Positions 32,312 to 43,923 are shown, counted from the first letter of the stretch. The stretch is 64,000 nucleotides of DNA from an uncultured delta proteobacterium (GCA_963755715.1 CAVWLW010000073.1:1-64000); one strand, 5' to 3'. Program-made: numbers and translations. The notes: generated by a model not told the origin, from the sequence alone.

Positions 32312-33010
32312 TTAGTCAACGATCCTCACACGCGTATCTTGCGTTGGGGTTTTCTGGATCGGCGGGATGAAAGTCGCCGTGCGGCCGTCTTTCGCGGTTA
32401 TCACGAGGCTGTAGTCCAGCTTGCCCAACGGGTAATCTGGCGGAATGTCCCAAAAGGCATCCCACATCCAAGCCGAATCGGGCAGGGCGGTTGCAGATCC
32501 TCGGATGGCCCATCGCGCGACCAGTTCTTCGCCATGCGGTAATCTTACCTTGACTGTTGCTCCATCTCGATCGGCAACCCGCTTACCCGTCGAGGTGTCG
32601 AGGATCTCGAAGCGAAAGACGAGCCTCATGCCACGCTTGAACACGCCGCTTTGGACACACGGTGTAGATGCGGCGACGCCATATTTGGTGGTGTTATTGC
32701 TCGTCAAAGTTTCCACATAGAAGAAGAATGGACCCACCGGCTCATAGTAGGACGCGGGCGTCGTGCGCGGCGGTTGAGGAGGTGGAGGGCCAGCCGTGGG
32801 CGGCGGCGCCTTTTGCGCCCCGACGAGGACCGTGACACCAGCCTCCGTGGAGGATTTCTTTTGCAGCTCCGTGGCGGAGACTTGCTCCTTTGCTTTATCC
32901 TGCTCGCTTTGCGTGGCTACGGATGGCCCACAGCTCGCGATCATCCACGGGATAAGAATTAGCAATACAACGAAGATCAGGCTTCGATTGAGCGGTCCGA
33001 ATAATGCCAT
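32312..33010 (-). CDS. Hypothetical lipoprotein
   Basis: Lipobox-like IASC, Pro-rich linker, WDIPPDYPLG beta domain. Confidence 0.7.
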   Translation of the reverse strand: MALFGPLNRSLIFVVLLILIPWMIASCGPSVATQSEQDKAKEQVSATELQKKSSTEAGVTVLVGAQKAPPPTAGPPPPQPPRTTPASYYEPVGPFFFYVETLTSNNTTKYGVAASTPCVQSGVFKRGMRLVFRFEILDTSTGKRVADRDGATVKVRLPHGEELVARWAIRGSATALPDSAWMWDAFWDIPPDYPLGKLDYSLVITAKDGRTATFIPPIQKTPTQDTRVRIVD

Positions 33011-33176
33011 AATTTTGCCTCTCTGATGCGAGTTCAGATCTAAAGCACCCTGTTCCTTTGGCAATGAGCCCGCGTTAAGACGATCTCAAGTCGAGCCATA
33101 AATCTGCGCTAGATTAGGAGAGACCTCCATCGCCTGTCAAGCTCAAATAAATGCACTGTTGTGCACTCGTTAAGGA

Positions 33177-34829
33177 TTACTCGCCGCTCGTTCCAAACAC
33201 TGATTGGACGATCTGCCAGGCTTCGTCCTGAATGGCCTTTAGATGGTCTTCTGAACGGAGACTTTCCGCGTAGATTTTACACAAATCTTCGGTGCCCGAG
33301 GGGCGCACGGCAAACCAACCGTTGGGCGCGGTGACTTTCAGGCCGCCGATATCGGCGCCGTTTCCCGGCGCGTGGGTCAGCTTGGCCTGAATCGGTTCGC
33401 CGGCAAGCTCCTTCGCCGCGAGGGCTTCCGGCCGAAGCGACTTCAGAGCCTTTTTTTGCGCCGCCGTCGCCGGCAGATCCATGCGCGCGTAATACGGACG
33501 GCCAAGCTCCTTGGTCAATTCCTCGTACCACGCGCCGGGCTCACGCCCGGTCGTGGCGATGATCTCCGCGGCGAGCAAAGCCAGAATGATGCCGTCTTTG
33601 TCCGTCGTCCAAACCGTTCCATCGCGGCAAAGAAAACTGGCGCCGGCGCTCTCCTCGCCGCCAAAGCAGATCGTTCCTTCGAACAGACCTTGAGAAAACC
33701 ATTTGAATCCGACGGGAACTTCGAAAAGCTTTCGGCCGAGCCGCCCGACGACCCGATCGATGAGCGAACTGCTCACCAGCGTTTTGCCGACCGCGGCGTT
33801 TTTGCTCCACTGCGGTCGATGCGAGAGCAAATAGTGAATCGCCACGGCGAGGTAATGGTTTGGATTCATTAGACCGAGCGACGGCGTGACGATACCGTGA
33901 CGATCCGAGTCGGCGTCATTTCCCACTGCGATTTGAAATTGATCTTTGAGACTTACCAAACTCGCCATCGCGTACGGGCTCGAGCAATCCATCCTGATCT
34001 TGCCGTCATGATCCAAAGTCATGAAGCGAAATGTCGGATCGATCTTGTCGTTGACGACGGTGAGATCGAGTTCGTAACGCTCGGCAATTCTTTGCCAATA
34101 GGCGAGCGCCGCGCCACCGAGCGGATCGACCCCAATTTTTATCCGCGCCGAGCGAATCGGGTCCAGGTCGATCACCGCGGTCAGATCATCGACGTAGGGA
34201 CCGAGCAAGTCGTCTTCATGCGTGGTTGGAGATTGAAGCGCTGCGGCGTAGGCAATCCTTTTCACCGAGCGATTATTTTCGCGCAGCAGCCCGTTGGCTC
34301 GATTTTGAATCCAATCGGTAACATCAGTATCAGCCGGGCCGCCCTGCGGCGGATTATATTTAAAGCCACCATCCGCCGGCGGATTGTGCGACGGTGTGAT
34401 GACGATGCCGTCGGCCAAGCCGGCGTTTTTGCCACGGTTATGAACTAAGATCGCTCGTGAAATTGACGGCGTGGGCGTGAAACCGTCGCCGCGCTGAATG
34501 ACCGTTTCCACGCCGTTGGCGGCGAGCACTTCGAGCGCACTCTTTTGCGCCGGGCCCGATACCGCATGCGTGTCTTTACCCATGAAGAGCGGCCCCGAGA
34601 TATTTTTGCTCGCGCGGTACTCGCAGATCGCCTGCGTGATGGCGAGAATATGCGCTTCATTGAGCGTGTTATCGAGGGGACTACCGCGGTGGCCGCTGGT
34701 GCCGAAGCTGACCAATTGCTGCGGGTTTTCAGGGTCGGGCTTGCGCTCGTAGTAGGCTTTTTCGAGCCGGTCAAGGTCTATCAAGATATCGGCGGGCGCG
34801 GGCTTTCCCGCCAGGGGATGAATGGCCAT
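33177..34829 (-). CDS. pgm: Phosphoglucomutase (alpha-D-glucose-1,6-bisphosphate-dependent)
   Basis: [34 protein letters not shown]. Confidence 0.96.
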   Translation of the reverse strand: MAIHPLAGKPAPADILIDLDRLEKAYYERKPDPENPQQLVSFGTSGHRGSPLDNTLNEAHILAITQAICEYRASKNISGPLFMGKDTHAVSGPAQKSALEVLAANGVETVIQRGDGFTPTPSISRAILVHNRGKNAGLADGIVITPSHNPPADGGFKYNPPQGGPADTDVTDWIQNRANGLLRENNRSVKRIAYAAALQSPTTHEDDLLGPYVDDLTAVIDLDPIRSARIKIGVDPLGGAALAYWQRIAERYELDLTVVNDKIDPTFRFMTLDHDGKIRMDCSSPYAMASLVSLKDQFQIAVGNDADSDRHGIVTPSLGLMNPNHYLAVAIHYLLSHRPQWSKNAAVGKTLVSSSLIDRVVGRLGRKLFEVPVGFKWFSQGLFEGTICFGGEESAGASFLCRDGTVWTTDKDGIILALLAAEIIATTGREPGAWYEELTKELGRPYYARMDLPATAAQKKALKSLRPEALAAKELAGEPIQAKLTHAPGNGADIGGLKVTAPNGWFAVRPSGTEDLCKIYAESLRSEDHLKAIQDEAWQIVQSVFGTSGE

Positions 34830-34911
34830 GTTCAAATCCTTTCACGACGCTGCGGCGCATTAGTTCAACGCTGTTCGGCAAGTTTTTTATACAACGACGT
34901 GAGGGCAGATC

Positions 34912-35122
34912 CTAGTGGCGTATCTTCCATGCACGACGGGCGCGATCGCCGGGATCGTAAATCATGCTCGGCATGTGCGACGGAACAATAAAGTACGCGA
35001 GCACGTTTTCCCAGGGATGTTCGGGTACAAGGACGGGATCGCCGTATTTCCCAGCGCCGCCCTGCTTGAACTCGATTCTTTCCAGCGTTCCGATCTGACT
35101 AGAGTGGGAAAACTATTTTCAT
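34912..35122 (-). pseudogene. Possible short gene remnant (beta-propeller hydrolase-like)
   Basis: Minus strand reads ...GKYGDPVLVPEHPWENVLAYFIVPSHMPSMIYDPGD..WK-; ATG at 35122 is out of frame by one base. Confidence 0.35.
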
Positions 35123-35143
35123 TCGGCGCTGACTGCGAGCGAA

Positions 35144-36163
35144 TCAGAGATGCTGCAGCGCCGGCATCACCCGTTCGGCAAACAGGCGAATATTTTTGAG
35201 AGCCATCTCTTGCGGCATGCCGCCAAAATGAAAAGTGCCGGAGAATGTCGTGATGCCGCCTTCTTCGTGCCAGCGCCGAATCGTGTCGCTGCAGCGCTCC
35301 GGATCGCCGACGATGATAAAGCCCCGCGCCATGTCAGAACCGATATCGTGTTCGGTCAAACGGCGCTCGGGATCGGCCGCCTGGTGAAGATCGGTGTAAT
35401 TTTTCATGAAGGGCACCGCCTCGCGCATGCCGCGCTCGAAACTATCCGAGACGTAGATGTGAAACTTGCCTAACACTTCACGCCCGACGAAATCATGCCC
35501 GCGCGCGGCCAAGCCGCGGCGGTAAATCTTTACCAGCTCGTGCAAGGCATCCGTCGTCGGATGGACGAAGGGCACTGTCATCAAGTCGTAGTCCATTTCG
35601 CCTGCCCAGCGAAAAGTCTCTTCGCTGTGCGTTGCGCCGACCCATATCGGCGGGTGCGGCCGCTGCACCGGCTTGGGTAGAATGTTTACGTTGTCGTAGC
35701 TATAGAACTCGCCGTGAAAATTGACCGGCGCGTCAGACCATGCCTGGCGAATAATCTCCGCGCTTTCATGGAAACGCGCCGTCGCTTCGTCCCGGCTTGC
35801 GCCGAATTTTCGATACTCGACCGGCTCGCTGCCTTTGCCGATACCGAAATCGATGCGGCCATCGGAGATGACGTCGGCCATGGCGTAGGACTCCGCCAAA
35901 TCCAAAGGATTGTGCAGCGGCAGCACCGCGACGGCGACGCCGAGACGAATGCGTGAAGTCATCTGTGCTGCCGCGGCGAGAAATGTCGGCGGATGCGGCA
36001 ATGTGCCGCCGTAACCGCCGAAGTGGTGCTCGGTCACCCACGCTTGATCGAAGCCGAGTTTTTCCACTTCGATAATTTGCTCGAACATGCGGCGGTAGAA
36101 ATCGGCCAGCATGCCGTCAGTCTCGGGCATATAGGTGGGCAGAATGTGCGTGCCGAATTTCAT
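35144..36163 (-). CDS. LLM-class flavin-dependent oxidoreductase
   Basis: TEHHF, AESYAMADVISDGRIDFGIG, VQRPHPPIWVG. Confidence 0.92.
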   Translation of the reverse strand: MKFGTHILPTYMPETDGMLADFYRRMFEQIIEVEKLGFDQAWVTEHHFGGYGGTLPHPPTFLAAAAQMTSRIRLGVAVAVLPLHNPLDLAESYAMADVISDGRIDFGIGKGSEPVEYRKFGASRDEATARFHESAEIIRQAWSDAPVNFHGEFYSYDNVNILPKPVQRPHPPIWVGATHSEETFRWAGEMDYDLMTVPFVHPTTDALHELVKIYRRGLAARGHDFVGREVLGKFHIYVSDSFERGMREAVPFMKNYTDLHQAADPERRLTEHDIGSDMARGFIIVGDPERCSDTIRRWHEEGGITTFSGTFHFGGMPQEMALKNIRLFAERVMPALQHL

Positions 36164-36179
36164 CGTTATCGCGCTCCCG

Positions 36180-37205
36180 TTAGAAAAGAATCGACTTCAA
36201 CTTCGCCACCAAACCCGTATCGAGCTTGAAAATCCCCTCCACGGTTTTTCGCATATCTTCGGCGGTCACCGGCGCGAGGCCGATCTTTGCTTTATCCGCT
36301 TCGCCGATGAATTCAGGGTCTTTGACGGTCTCTTGCAAAGCTTTCTGCAGAATCTGCGCGCGCTCGTTCGGCGTGCCGGGCGGAAGCGCGAGAGTCTTGG
36401 TGATCTTGCTCGGATAGTGAATGCCGTATTCGATCAATTGTTTGGCTTCCACCGTCTTGGCGAGATCGATGGCGAGCGGCACCCCGGCCAAGTCGGCAAA
36501 GGCTTTGGGCACCGTCTGCAGCACGACCACGACGGTGCCCGACTCAAGCGCTTTTTGCCAAGTGCCGCGCATGGAATCCCAACCCCAGGTCGTGCCGTCG
36601 ATCTCGCCGCTCTCCGCGGCGATGCGCATATCCGCGGTTCCCTTGTAACCGGAGATAACTTGGATCGGCAGATTGAGCGCGGCTTTGACGACCTTGATGA
36701 CGTTGTCCGTGCCGAAGGCGCCCGGCCCCGTAGTGCCTAACTTCAGCGGCGATTTCGCCGCGAACCATTTTTCCATGTTATTGACGCCGCTTGCTTTGGT
36801 CAGTGCGATCGCGCTCTCATCGCGCGCCACGGCGCCGACAAAGACAAACTTTTGCGTATCGAATTCGACTCCCGGTTGCCCCATCAATTGACTGTAGGCG
36901 AACCCGCCGCTGAAGTGGCCGAAGGTGAGACCGTCGGGCTTGGCGACTTTAAAAATATGATTGGCCGCGAGCAGACTGCCGGCGCCGGTCATGTTCTCGA
37001 CCAAAATTGTCGGATGGCCGGGAATATACTTGGGCATATGCCGCGACAGCATGCGCGCCAACGCGTCGTAACCGCCGCCGGGCGAGAAGCCGACGATGAT
37101 GCGAATGGTTTTGCCTTCGTAAAAGTTGCTCTGAGCGATGCCACTTCGAGCCGTGAAAACCGTCAAGGCAACGAGCAAAGCCACGCTGAGAACAGTCTTT
37201 GTCAT
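36180..37205 (-). CDS. TctC/Bug family substrate-binding protein
   Basis: AGGAGG SD; FYEGKTIRIIVGFSPGGGYD, GYKG, PPGTP. Confidence 0.9.
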   Translation of the reverse strand: MTKTVLSVALLVALTVFTARSGIAQSNFYEGKTIRIIVGFSPGGGYDALARMLSRHMPKYIPGHPTILVENMTGAGSLLAANHIFKVAKPDGLTFGHFSGGFAYSQLMGQPGVEFDTQKFVFVGAVARDESAIALTKASGVNNMEKWFAAKSPLKLGTTGPGAFGTDNVIKVVKAALNLPIQVISGYKGTADMRIAAESGEIDGTTWGWDSMRGTWQKALESGTVVVVLQTVPKAFADLAGVPLAIDLAKTVEAKQLIEYGIHYPSKITKTLALPPGTPNERAQILQKALQETVKDPEFIGEADKAKIGLAPVTAEDMRKTVEGIFKLDTGLVAKLKSILF

Positions 37206-37328
37206 CGGCCTGCCTCCTTGCGAATCGCACACAGCAGTTGCTGCGCGCCAGTACAATTGCTGGGTCCAAACCTAGTTTAACCGACGGTTAGGCGTCAAGC
37301 CGAAAAGAAAGTGAATGCGATGTGTTGC

Positions 37329-38192
37329 TTAGCCGAGCTTCGCTTCTTGGAGCTGATCCTGCCAGACATGCTCCGGCTTGAATCCGAGCAGGCGCCGCGC
37401 TTTGGTCGAATCGACGCAGCTCCAATGCGTGCCGGCGATCTTTTTTATTTTTGCGCCTTTGGGCAGATATTTTTTCACCAGCTCGAGGGTCGGCTGGATC
37501 ATGCAGTTGTTCGGCGCCGACGCGATGAAAACTTCATGGCCGGTGAATTTCGCTTCCAGCGCCAACCGGCAAGTCGTCGCCGCGTCGCGCGCGTCGATAT
37601 ACGTCCAAAAGCCGTTGGCCCGCGACGACGGATTGCGCCAGCGTTCTCTGAAACTCTCGTAGGAAAGATCGAAATTGACGCCGGGGAAACGCAAGCTGCT
37701 GATCGTCATATCTTTGTGAACGGAAACGATCGAGTCGGCGATTTTTTCCCCGAGCACTTTAGAAAGTCCATAGGAATCCTGCGGGTTCGAAGGATGCTCC
37801 TCGTCGAGCGGCAGATAGTCGGGCGCCCAAAGTTTCACCGCGTAGATAAAACCGAACGCAGCCGTGCTCGACGCCAGAACGACTTTTTTAACTTTTGCAT
37901 CCGCCGCGGCGCGCAACACATTGTAGGTCGACGAAACGTTGTTGCTGAGGGTTTCCGCGTCCGGCGCCAGATTGGGCGCCTGATAGGCGCCCAGATGAAC
38001 GATGCCGTAAGCGTTTTTGAGCGCTTCGAAGAGATCACCCGAGTGGCGCAGATCGACGAGCCAACTCGGACATAATTTTTCCCGTGGCGGCACTCTATCG
38101 AGACTGAGAACTTGAAAACCGTGCGTCAGCAGATCGCGAATCACAAACTGTCCCAACCTTCCACTGCCGCCCGTGACCACAACTTTTCTCAT
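37329..38192 (-). CDS. NAD-dependent epimerase/dehydratase (SDR)
   Basis: VTGGSGRLG, YGLSK. Confidence 0.9.
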   Translation of the reverse strand: MRKVVVTGGSGRLGQFVIRDLLTHGFQVLSLDRVPPREKLCPSWLVDLRHSGDLFEALKNAYGIVHLGAYQAPNLAPDAETLSNNVSSTYNVLRAAADAKVKKVVLASSTAAFGFIYAVKLWAPDYLPLDEEHPSNPQDSYGLSKVLGEKIADSIVSVHKDMTISSLRFPGVNFDLSYESFRERWRNPSSRANGFWTYIDARDAATTCRLALEAKFTGHEVFIASAPNNCMIQPTLELVKKYLPKGAKIKKIAGTHWSCVDSTKARRLLGFKPEHVWQDQLQEAKLG

Positions 38193-38292
38193 TCCAGTAA
38201 AATCTCCTCCGCTCAATCGCTATCTTACGCATTGAACGGTTTAAGCGGCTGAATGTATTTGAACTCTAGTTTTCCGTCTTTAGTGCGTCGTT

Positions 38293-39328
38293 CTATCGCT
38301 TCGGTATCAGCAGGTCCTTGAGCTTGGCGATCAACGGCGGCGGCAGGTCGTACAGACCGGCGAACGTCTTCGCCGTGGTCGGCCCATCGATCGGGCGCAA
38401 TTTCCAAGTCGGCTTTTTTCGCTTCGGCACGGAGCTCGGGATCGCCCAAGGTTTTGACAAACGCTTGTTGTAAAACCTGCAACCGATCCGGCGGCGTTCC
38501 GGGCGCCGTGGAGAGAGGAAACTGATAGACGTGAACGTTGTCCGCCACCCGAAGCAGCGTGCGCGCTTCGTCGCTCTTGGCGTAGTTGATCGCCAACGGA
38601 ATCTTTTTTAGATCGGGATGGGACTTGAGCGTGGCTTGCAGCACGACATGAATTTTTCCCGATTCCATCTGGCTGCGCCATGTGACCTTGGTCGCTTGCC
38701 ATGACGCACAGAGGCCGTCGGCTTCACCGCTTTCTACCGCGAGCCGTGCCTCGGCGCCGCCTTTGTACCCTTCGACCATTTCCAGCGGCAAGTGGAGGGC
38801 TTCTTTGAGCAGTTTGGGGACGTCGGACAGACTCGTTCCCGGCCCGATCGACGCGATCTTCAACGGCCGTTTGGCAGCAAACCAGTCGTCGACGGTTTTG
38901 ATGCCGCTCTCCCGATTGAAGTGACAAGCCGTATCGTAAGGACCTGGGATACCCACCCAGCCCACTTTGCGGCCATCGAACTTGGTCGCGTCGTTTCCCA
39001 TAATATGCTGCAAGATCAGCGGCGATGCCCAAGCGGCGATCGTCAGACCATCCGGCTTGACCCGGTTGTAAAGATGATTCGCGGCGATGATTCCACCGGC
39101 ACCGGGCATGTTTTCCACGATCCTTGTCGGGTTGCCGGTTACGTGCTTGCCGATGTGACGGGCGAGCAGCCGGGTATATTGATCGTAGGTCCCGCCGGGT
39201 GAATAGCCGACGATGAAAGTCAGCGTTTTATCTTTGAGAAATTCCTGCGCTTGCAGCGACGATACTAAGCTGAGCGCGATCGCAGCTGCGGTCAAAACAA
39301 CCCGTAATTTGGCTCTTGCAATCATCAT
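38293..39328 (-). CDS. TctC/Bug family substrate-binding protein, frameshift ~38392
   Basis: VGYSPGGTYD, NMPGAGG; corrected tail PIDGPTTAKTFAGLYDLPPPLIAKLKDLLIPKR-. Confidence 0.85.
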
Positions 39329-39485
39329 GATCTCCTTGGCGGCAACCTTTCGTTTGTCTGTGGGAATTGGCCCATAGGCCCGAAACTACTACATCCGGTT
39401 GTGTGCTTCCACAATCGACCGGCCAGAAATCTCACTCACGACGACGCCGATCACACGGACAACTGGCCTGTCCCGAGTCGAGCAA

Positions 39486-39539
39486 GTAACCGCAGCTTAA
39501 CCTGTGCTTAACCAATCCGTAATCAAATTTTAGTATTAT
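39486..39539 (+). promoter_or_regulatory. Pho-box-like array (4 repeats) plus -10
   Basis: GTAAC-N6-TTAAC-N6-TTAAC-N6-GTAAT, then 10 nt and TATTAT; core CTTAACCTgtgCTTAACC. Confidence 0.8.
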
Positions 39540-39582
39540 GAGCGGAATTAGTTCACGTCAAAGCTGCTTGAGGAGTGAAACG

Positions 39583-40941
39583 ATGGCGCAGGTTAAATTG
39601 GACATGCCGTACTTGAAAATTATCCCGCCTGGGTTTTGGTTCGTACTGTTCATTGCCTTCGCCGCCCACCCGGCGCTGGCGCAAAATAAGGTGATCGCAA
39701 CCTACACATTCCCCGAAATACCGATCAAGGAGTTTCAAAATAAGAAATTCCCCGGTTCCGTCGCCAACGACCATAAAGTTCTCTTGGGCTCGGTCGGCAG
39801 CGACCTGTGGCACGACCCGAAAGGTCCGCGTGACGAATTTTGGATGTTGACCGATCGGGGGCCCAATGGACAAATCGCCGTTGACGGAAAGAACCGGCGC
39901 ACTTTTTGGGTACCGGAGTTCGATCCGACGATCGTCAAAGTCAAACCCGAAGGTAAAGCGATCCGAATCCTAGAGGCGATTCCAATTGTCGGCCAATCGG
40001 GCAAGCCCATAACCGGAATGCCTAATCTCAAAGATGTCGACGAGACACCGTACAATTATTCGGCGCAGGAAGTGCTGCCTTTCAATCCCAACGGCCTCGA
40101 TACCGAAGGTCTGGTCCGCACCGCCGCCGGTGATTTCTGGATCGCCGATGAGTATAGCCCATCACTCGTGCACGTCGACCGAACGGGTAAGGTCATTAAA
40201 CGCTACGTGCCCGAGGGACTGAAACTCGAGGGCACAGACTATCCGGTTGCGAAAGTTTTGCCGTCGATCTACGGCAAAAGGAAGATCAATCGCGGCTTCG
40301 AAGGACTGGCGCTGAGCGCCGACGAAAAGACACTCTATACCGTGCTGCAAAGCCCGCTTTTGAATCCCGACCGTAAAATCGGCGATACCTCGCGCAACAC
40401 CCGAGTGCTGGTATTCGACATCGCCAGCGAGAAAGTTACCGCCGAGTACGCCTACCGCTTCGACGTGTCGACGCAGTTCGATCCCAATCCCAAAAATACC
40501 CCCGACGAAATGAAGCTCTCGGGCGTGATCGCGATCAATCCGACGACGTTGCTCGTGCTCGAGCGCACCGATCTGGTCGCCAAGCTTTATAGTGTCGATT
40601 TCAGTGAGGCAACGAATATTCTGAATAGCAAATGGAATGACGCCCAAACGGCTCCCTCCCTCGAAGCGCTGAGCGATCCGTCGGCCGCGGCGGTGCGGAC
40701 GTTGCCCAAAACACTGGTCGTCGACCTAAGCTCTCTCGACGGTGTGCCCGAAAAGATCGAAGGCATCGCTTTGCTCGACGCGCAGACTCTTGCGATCTCG
40801 AACGACAATGATTTCGATAGCGAAGAAAGCAAATACGACAGCGAGGGCAATAATCTTGGCAAAGGCAAGAAAAGCCAGATCCTCTTGATCTCTCTCGACA
40901 AACCGCTGCCTTTACCGAAAGCCACCGTGTCCGCCCGCTAA
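39583..40941 (+). CDS. Esterase-like activity of phytase family protein (PF13449-type)
   Basis: TDRGPN, LDTEGL, DEYSP, NRGFEGLA, EKIEGI, NDNDF. Confidence 0.9.
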   Translation: MAQVKLDMPYLKIIPPGFWFVLFIAFAAHPALAQNKVIATYTFPEIPIKEFQNKKFPGSVANDHKVLLGSVGSDLWHDPKGPRDEFWMLTDRGPNGQIAVDGKNRRTFWVPEFDPTIVKVKPEGKAIRILEAIPIVGQSGKPITGMPNLKDVDETPYNYSAQEVLPFNPNGLDTEGLVRTAAGDFWIADEYSPSLVHVDRTGKVIKRYVPEGLKLEGTDYPVAKVLPSIYGKRKINRGFEGLALSADEKTLYTVLQSPLLNPDRKIGDTSRNTRVLVFDIASEKVTAEYAYRFDVSTQFDPNPKNTPDEMKLSGVIAINPTTLLVLERTDLVAKLYSVDFSEATNILNSKWNDAQTAPSLEALSDPSAAAVRTLPKTLVVDLSSLDGVPEKIEGIALLDAQTLAISNDNDFDSEESKYDSEGNNLGKGKKSQILLISLDKPLPLPKATVSAR

Positions 40942-41003
40942 ATCCGGCAATGCAGCGCGATCTTTTCGCCTGGTAAGGTCGAGAAAGCCGCAACAAGCAA
41001 CAC

Positions 41004-41041
41004 TTCAAGAAAAATTTACCTAAGCGTCGCCCACGCTTAAC
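41004..41041 (+). promoter_or_regulatory. Pho-box-like array upstream of GDPD
   Basis: TTCAA-N6-TTTAC-N6-GTCGC-N6-TTAAC. Confidence 0.55.
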
Positions 41042-41093
41042 GCGGATGGGCGAATAGGAACCAGCAAATTTGACAGCGAAAGGATTGGTTCCT

Positions 41094-42407
41094 ATGCACA
41101 AACATCAACGACAATTCAAACAGCCACGCGGCGCATCGAGATATGACGACCCGCTCGATTTCGTCGCGCGATTTACCCCGCCGAGCGAAGCTTGGTTACG
41201 CAGCGTTTGCTGCTTGCTCTTTCTGCTTCTGGGCGCAACGCCCGCCGTGGCCGCCCCGCACGACGAATTTCCCCATCCGTTGGTCATCGGGCATCGCGGC
41301 ACGCACGGCTATCTGCCGGCTCACACCTTGGCGGGCTACGCCTTGGCGATCGAGCTGGGCGCGGACTTTATCGAGCCAGACTTAGTCGCGACTAAAGATG
41401 GCCAGTTGATCGCGCGCCACGAGCCGAATCTGATTGCCACCACCGATGTCAGCCGACGGCCGGAATTCGCCAATCGCAAACGCAAAGCGATTATTGATGG
41501 TGCCGAAGAAGAAGGATGGTTCGCATCCGATTTCACTCTCAAAGAGATTAAAACGCTGAGGGTGGTTCAAGACTTCGCCGACCGGCCGCAAGAGTTCAAC
41601 GACTTGTTTGAAATCCCCACATTCGAAGAGGTGATCGCGCTCGCCAAGCGAAAATCAAAAGAAAAGGGCCGGACTATCGGCATTTATCCTGAGACCAAGC
41701 ATCCGACTTATCATAAGAGCCTGGGCCTGCCGCTGGAAGCGCGTCTGGTCAAGATCCTCAAAGCCGAAGGATGGGATCATCCCGATGCGCCGGTATTCAT
41801 CCAGTCGTTCGAACAAACCAACTTAAAAGAATTGCGCAAGATAACGCGCAACAGGCTCATTCAACTCGTTGACGCTAACGACGTGAACCCGGATGGCACG
41901 TTGGATTACACCGCGCCGTTTGACCGGCCCTACGACTGGACCGTTTCGAAGGACCCAAAGCTATTGAGCCGCACTTTTGGCTTTTTCGCCACTGACGAAG
42001 GGTTGAAGGAGATCAAGAGTTATGCCGACGGCATCGGTCCGTGGAAACGCTACATCGTAAGCACCGTGGCGGCAAACCTACCTGGGCCCGGCGAAGCGAG
42101 TCTCAAGCTCCTACCGCCGAACGATCTGATCGAGCGAGCGCACAAGGCCGGTCTGCTCGTTCACAGCTGGACTTTTCGCAACGAGCAGCGCCGTCTGGTG
42201 AGCGACTACGCGGGAAATCCGATAAACGAATACTTACAATTTTACGACCTCGGTATCGACGGCGTATTCTCGGATTTCGCCGACACCGCGGTCGCCGCGC
42301 GGGTTTTATTTAAGCTCGTGGACACTCCCGGCTTCGCGCGCTGTTTTACCGAGGGACCCGATAAGTTTCAACGCGCGGAGAGCTCCGACTGTTTGAATTT
42401 GGAATAG
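41094..42407 (+). CDS. glpQ: Glycerophosphodiester phosphodiesterase
   Basis: [46 protein letters not shown]; true start may be downstream. Confidence 0.92.
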   Translation: MHKHQRQFKQPRGASRYDDPLDFVARFTPPSEAWLRSVCCLLFLLLGATPAVAAPHDEFPHPLVIGHRGTHGYLPAHTLAGYALAIELGADFIEPDLVATKDGQLIARHEPNLIATTDVSRRPEFANRKRKAIIDGAEEEGWFASDFTLKEIKTLRVVQDFADRPQEFNDLFEIPTFEEVIALAKRKSKEKGRTIGIYPETKHPTYHKSLGLPLEARLVKILKAEGWDHPDAPVFIQSFEQTNLKELRKITRNRLIQLVDANDVNPDGTLDYTAPFDRPYDWTVSKDPKLLSRTFGFFATDEGLKEIKSYADGIGPWKRYIVSTVAANLPGPGEASLKLLPPNDLIERAHKAGLLVHSWTFRNEQRRLVSDYAGNPINEYLQFYDLGIDGVFSDFADTAVAARVLFKLVDTPGFARCFTEGPDKFQRAESSDCLNLE

Positions 42408-42434
42408 CGGATCCTTTCTTCTTGGGGGCGAATC

Positions 42435-42472
42435 GAGGGAGGGCTGGACAATCCAGCCCCTCCCTCTTTTTA
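42435..42472 (+). terminator. Rho-independent terminator after glpQ
   Basis: GAGGGAGGGCTGGA-caa-TCCAGCCCCTCCCTC followed by TTTTT. Confidence 0.8.
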
Positions 42473-42521
42473 TTTCTTTCGATTTCTAGTCCTCGGACAC
42501 GCACCACGCTCGTGATGGGCT

Positions 42522-42575
42522 GTTACGCAGACTTCGTTCATTTGTAACCCACGCGACATATGCGTGGATTATTTT
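42522..42575 (+). promoter_or_regulatory. Pho-box-like array plus -10 upstream of the GT4 operon
   Basis: GTTAC-N6-TTCGT-N6-GTAAC-N6-GACAT, then 10 nt and TATTTT. Confidence 0.6.
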
Positions 42576-42616
42576 ACCGCAAGATCGAGGGCGCTCTTTC
42601 GGGTATTTAGCGCCTC

Positions 42617-43923
42617 ATGCGCGGCGTACCTGCGGTCGCGCACATGGCCATGACGATGATGATGCAGCCGAAAAATTTATCCGGGTCCCGATCCGAAGCG
42701 ACAAATCAGCGACACCTTTGTCTCGTCACGGAGACTTATCCGCCTGAAGTCAACGGCGTCGCTCAGACGATGGCGCACCTGATGGACGGTTTGCGCTTGC
42801 AGGGCTACTCGGTATCGCTGGTTCGGCCGCGCCAGCACAGCTTCGACGGCTCCGATTATCGTTATCAGCCCGGCGCCACATTGGTTCGGAGTCTACCGTT
42901 GCCCGGCTATCGCGGATTGCACATCGGCGTGCCCGCCAGCGCCGCGCTGCGGCGTTGTTGGACCGAGCGCCGCCCGGATATCATCTATGTCGCGACCCAA
43001 GGTCCGCTGGGCTGGTCGGCGGTTAGCACTGCGCGTCAGCTCGGACATACCCGTGTTCAGCGGCTTTCCACACCAACTTCGACGCCTATTCGAAGCACTA
43101 TCATGCCGGCTGGCTGCGCTTTTTGATCTGGCGCTATTTGTCCGCTTTTCATAACCGTACGGCCGGCACCTTGGTGCCCTGCGCCGAGCTGCGCGGTCGA
43201 TTGCAGGCGATGGGATTGCGCAACATCGGCGTGCTCGGCCGCGGCGTCGACGCTGAGCTATTCACGCCGCGCCGGCGCAATTTGGCCCTGCGGCGCGCCT
43301 GGCGCGCCGCGCCGGATGATTTGGTGGCCTTGTACGTCGGGCGGCTCGCGCCGGAAAAGAACCTGAACCTTGCCATAGAATCCTATCGAGCGATGCAGCG
43401 CGTCAACGCCGCCGTGAAATTCGTCCTCGTCGGCGACGGCCCGCTGCGCGCCGCGCTGCAAAAAAAACATCCCGATCTTATTTTCTGCGGCATGCGCACG
43501 GGCGAGCGATTGGCCGAGCATTATGCTTCCGCGGATGTCTTTCTTTTTCCGAGCGAGACCGAAACCTTCGGCAACGTAACGTTGGAAGCGCTGGCAAGCG
43601 GACTGGCCGTCGTCGCCTATGATTACGCCGCCGCGCGGCTGCACATCAAAAACGGCACGAACGGCATCCTCGTGCCTTATGGAGAGGCGCTCGCCTTCGT
43701 CGATGCCGCGGCGAAACTGGCGCGCGCACCTCAAGCGCTCGCTGACATGCGCCAACAAGCCCGCCAGCATGCCGCGTCTCTCGACTGGCAGCTAGTGGTT
43801 AAAAGATTCGCCGCGTTCCTGCTGGGCGATCCGGCGCGGCTTCCTAGTGCGAGCAGCGACAGGAAGGCTGAATCTATCGAGACCATACCGGCCTATTACC
43901 GGCGCGGCCTAACCTTGCCATGA
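42617..43923 (+). CDS. GT4 glycosyltransferase (Agt/MgtA-like glycolipid synthase), frameshift ~43050
   Basis: VTETYPPEVNGVA, FHTNF, RGVD, YVGRLAPEKN, SETETFGNVTLEALASG. Confidence 0.88.
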
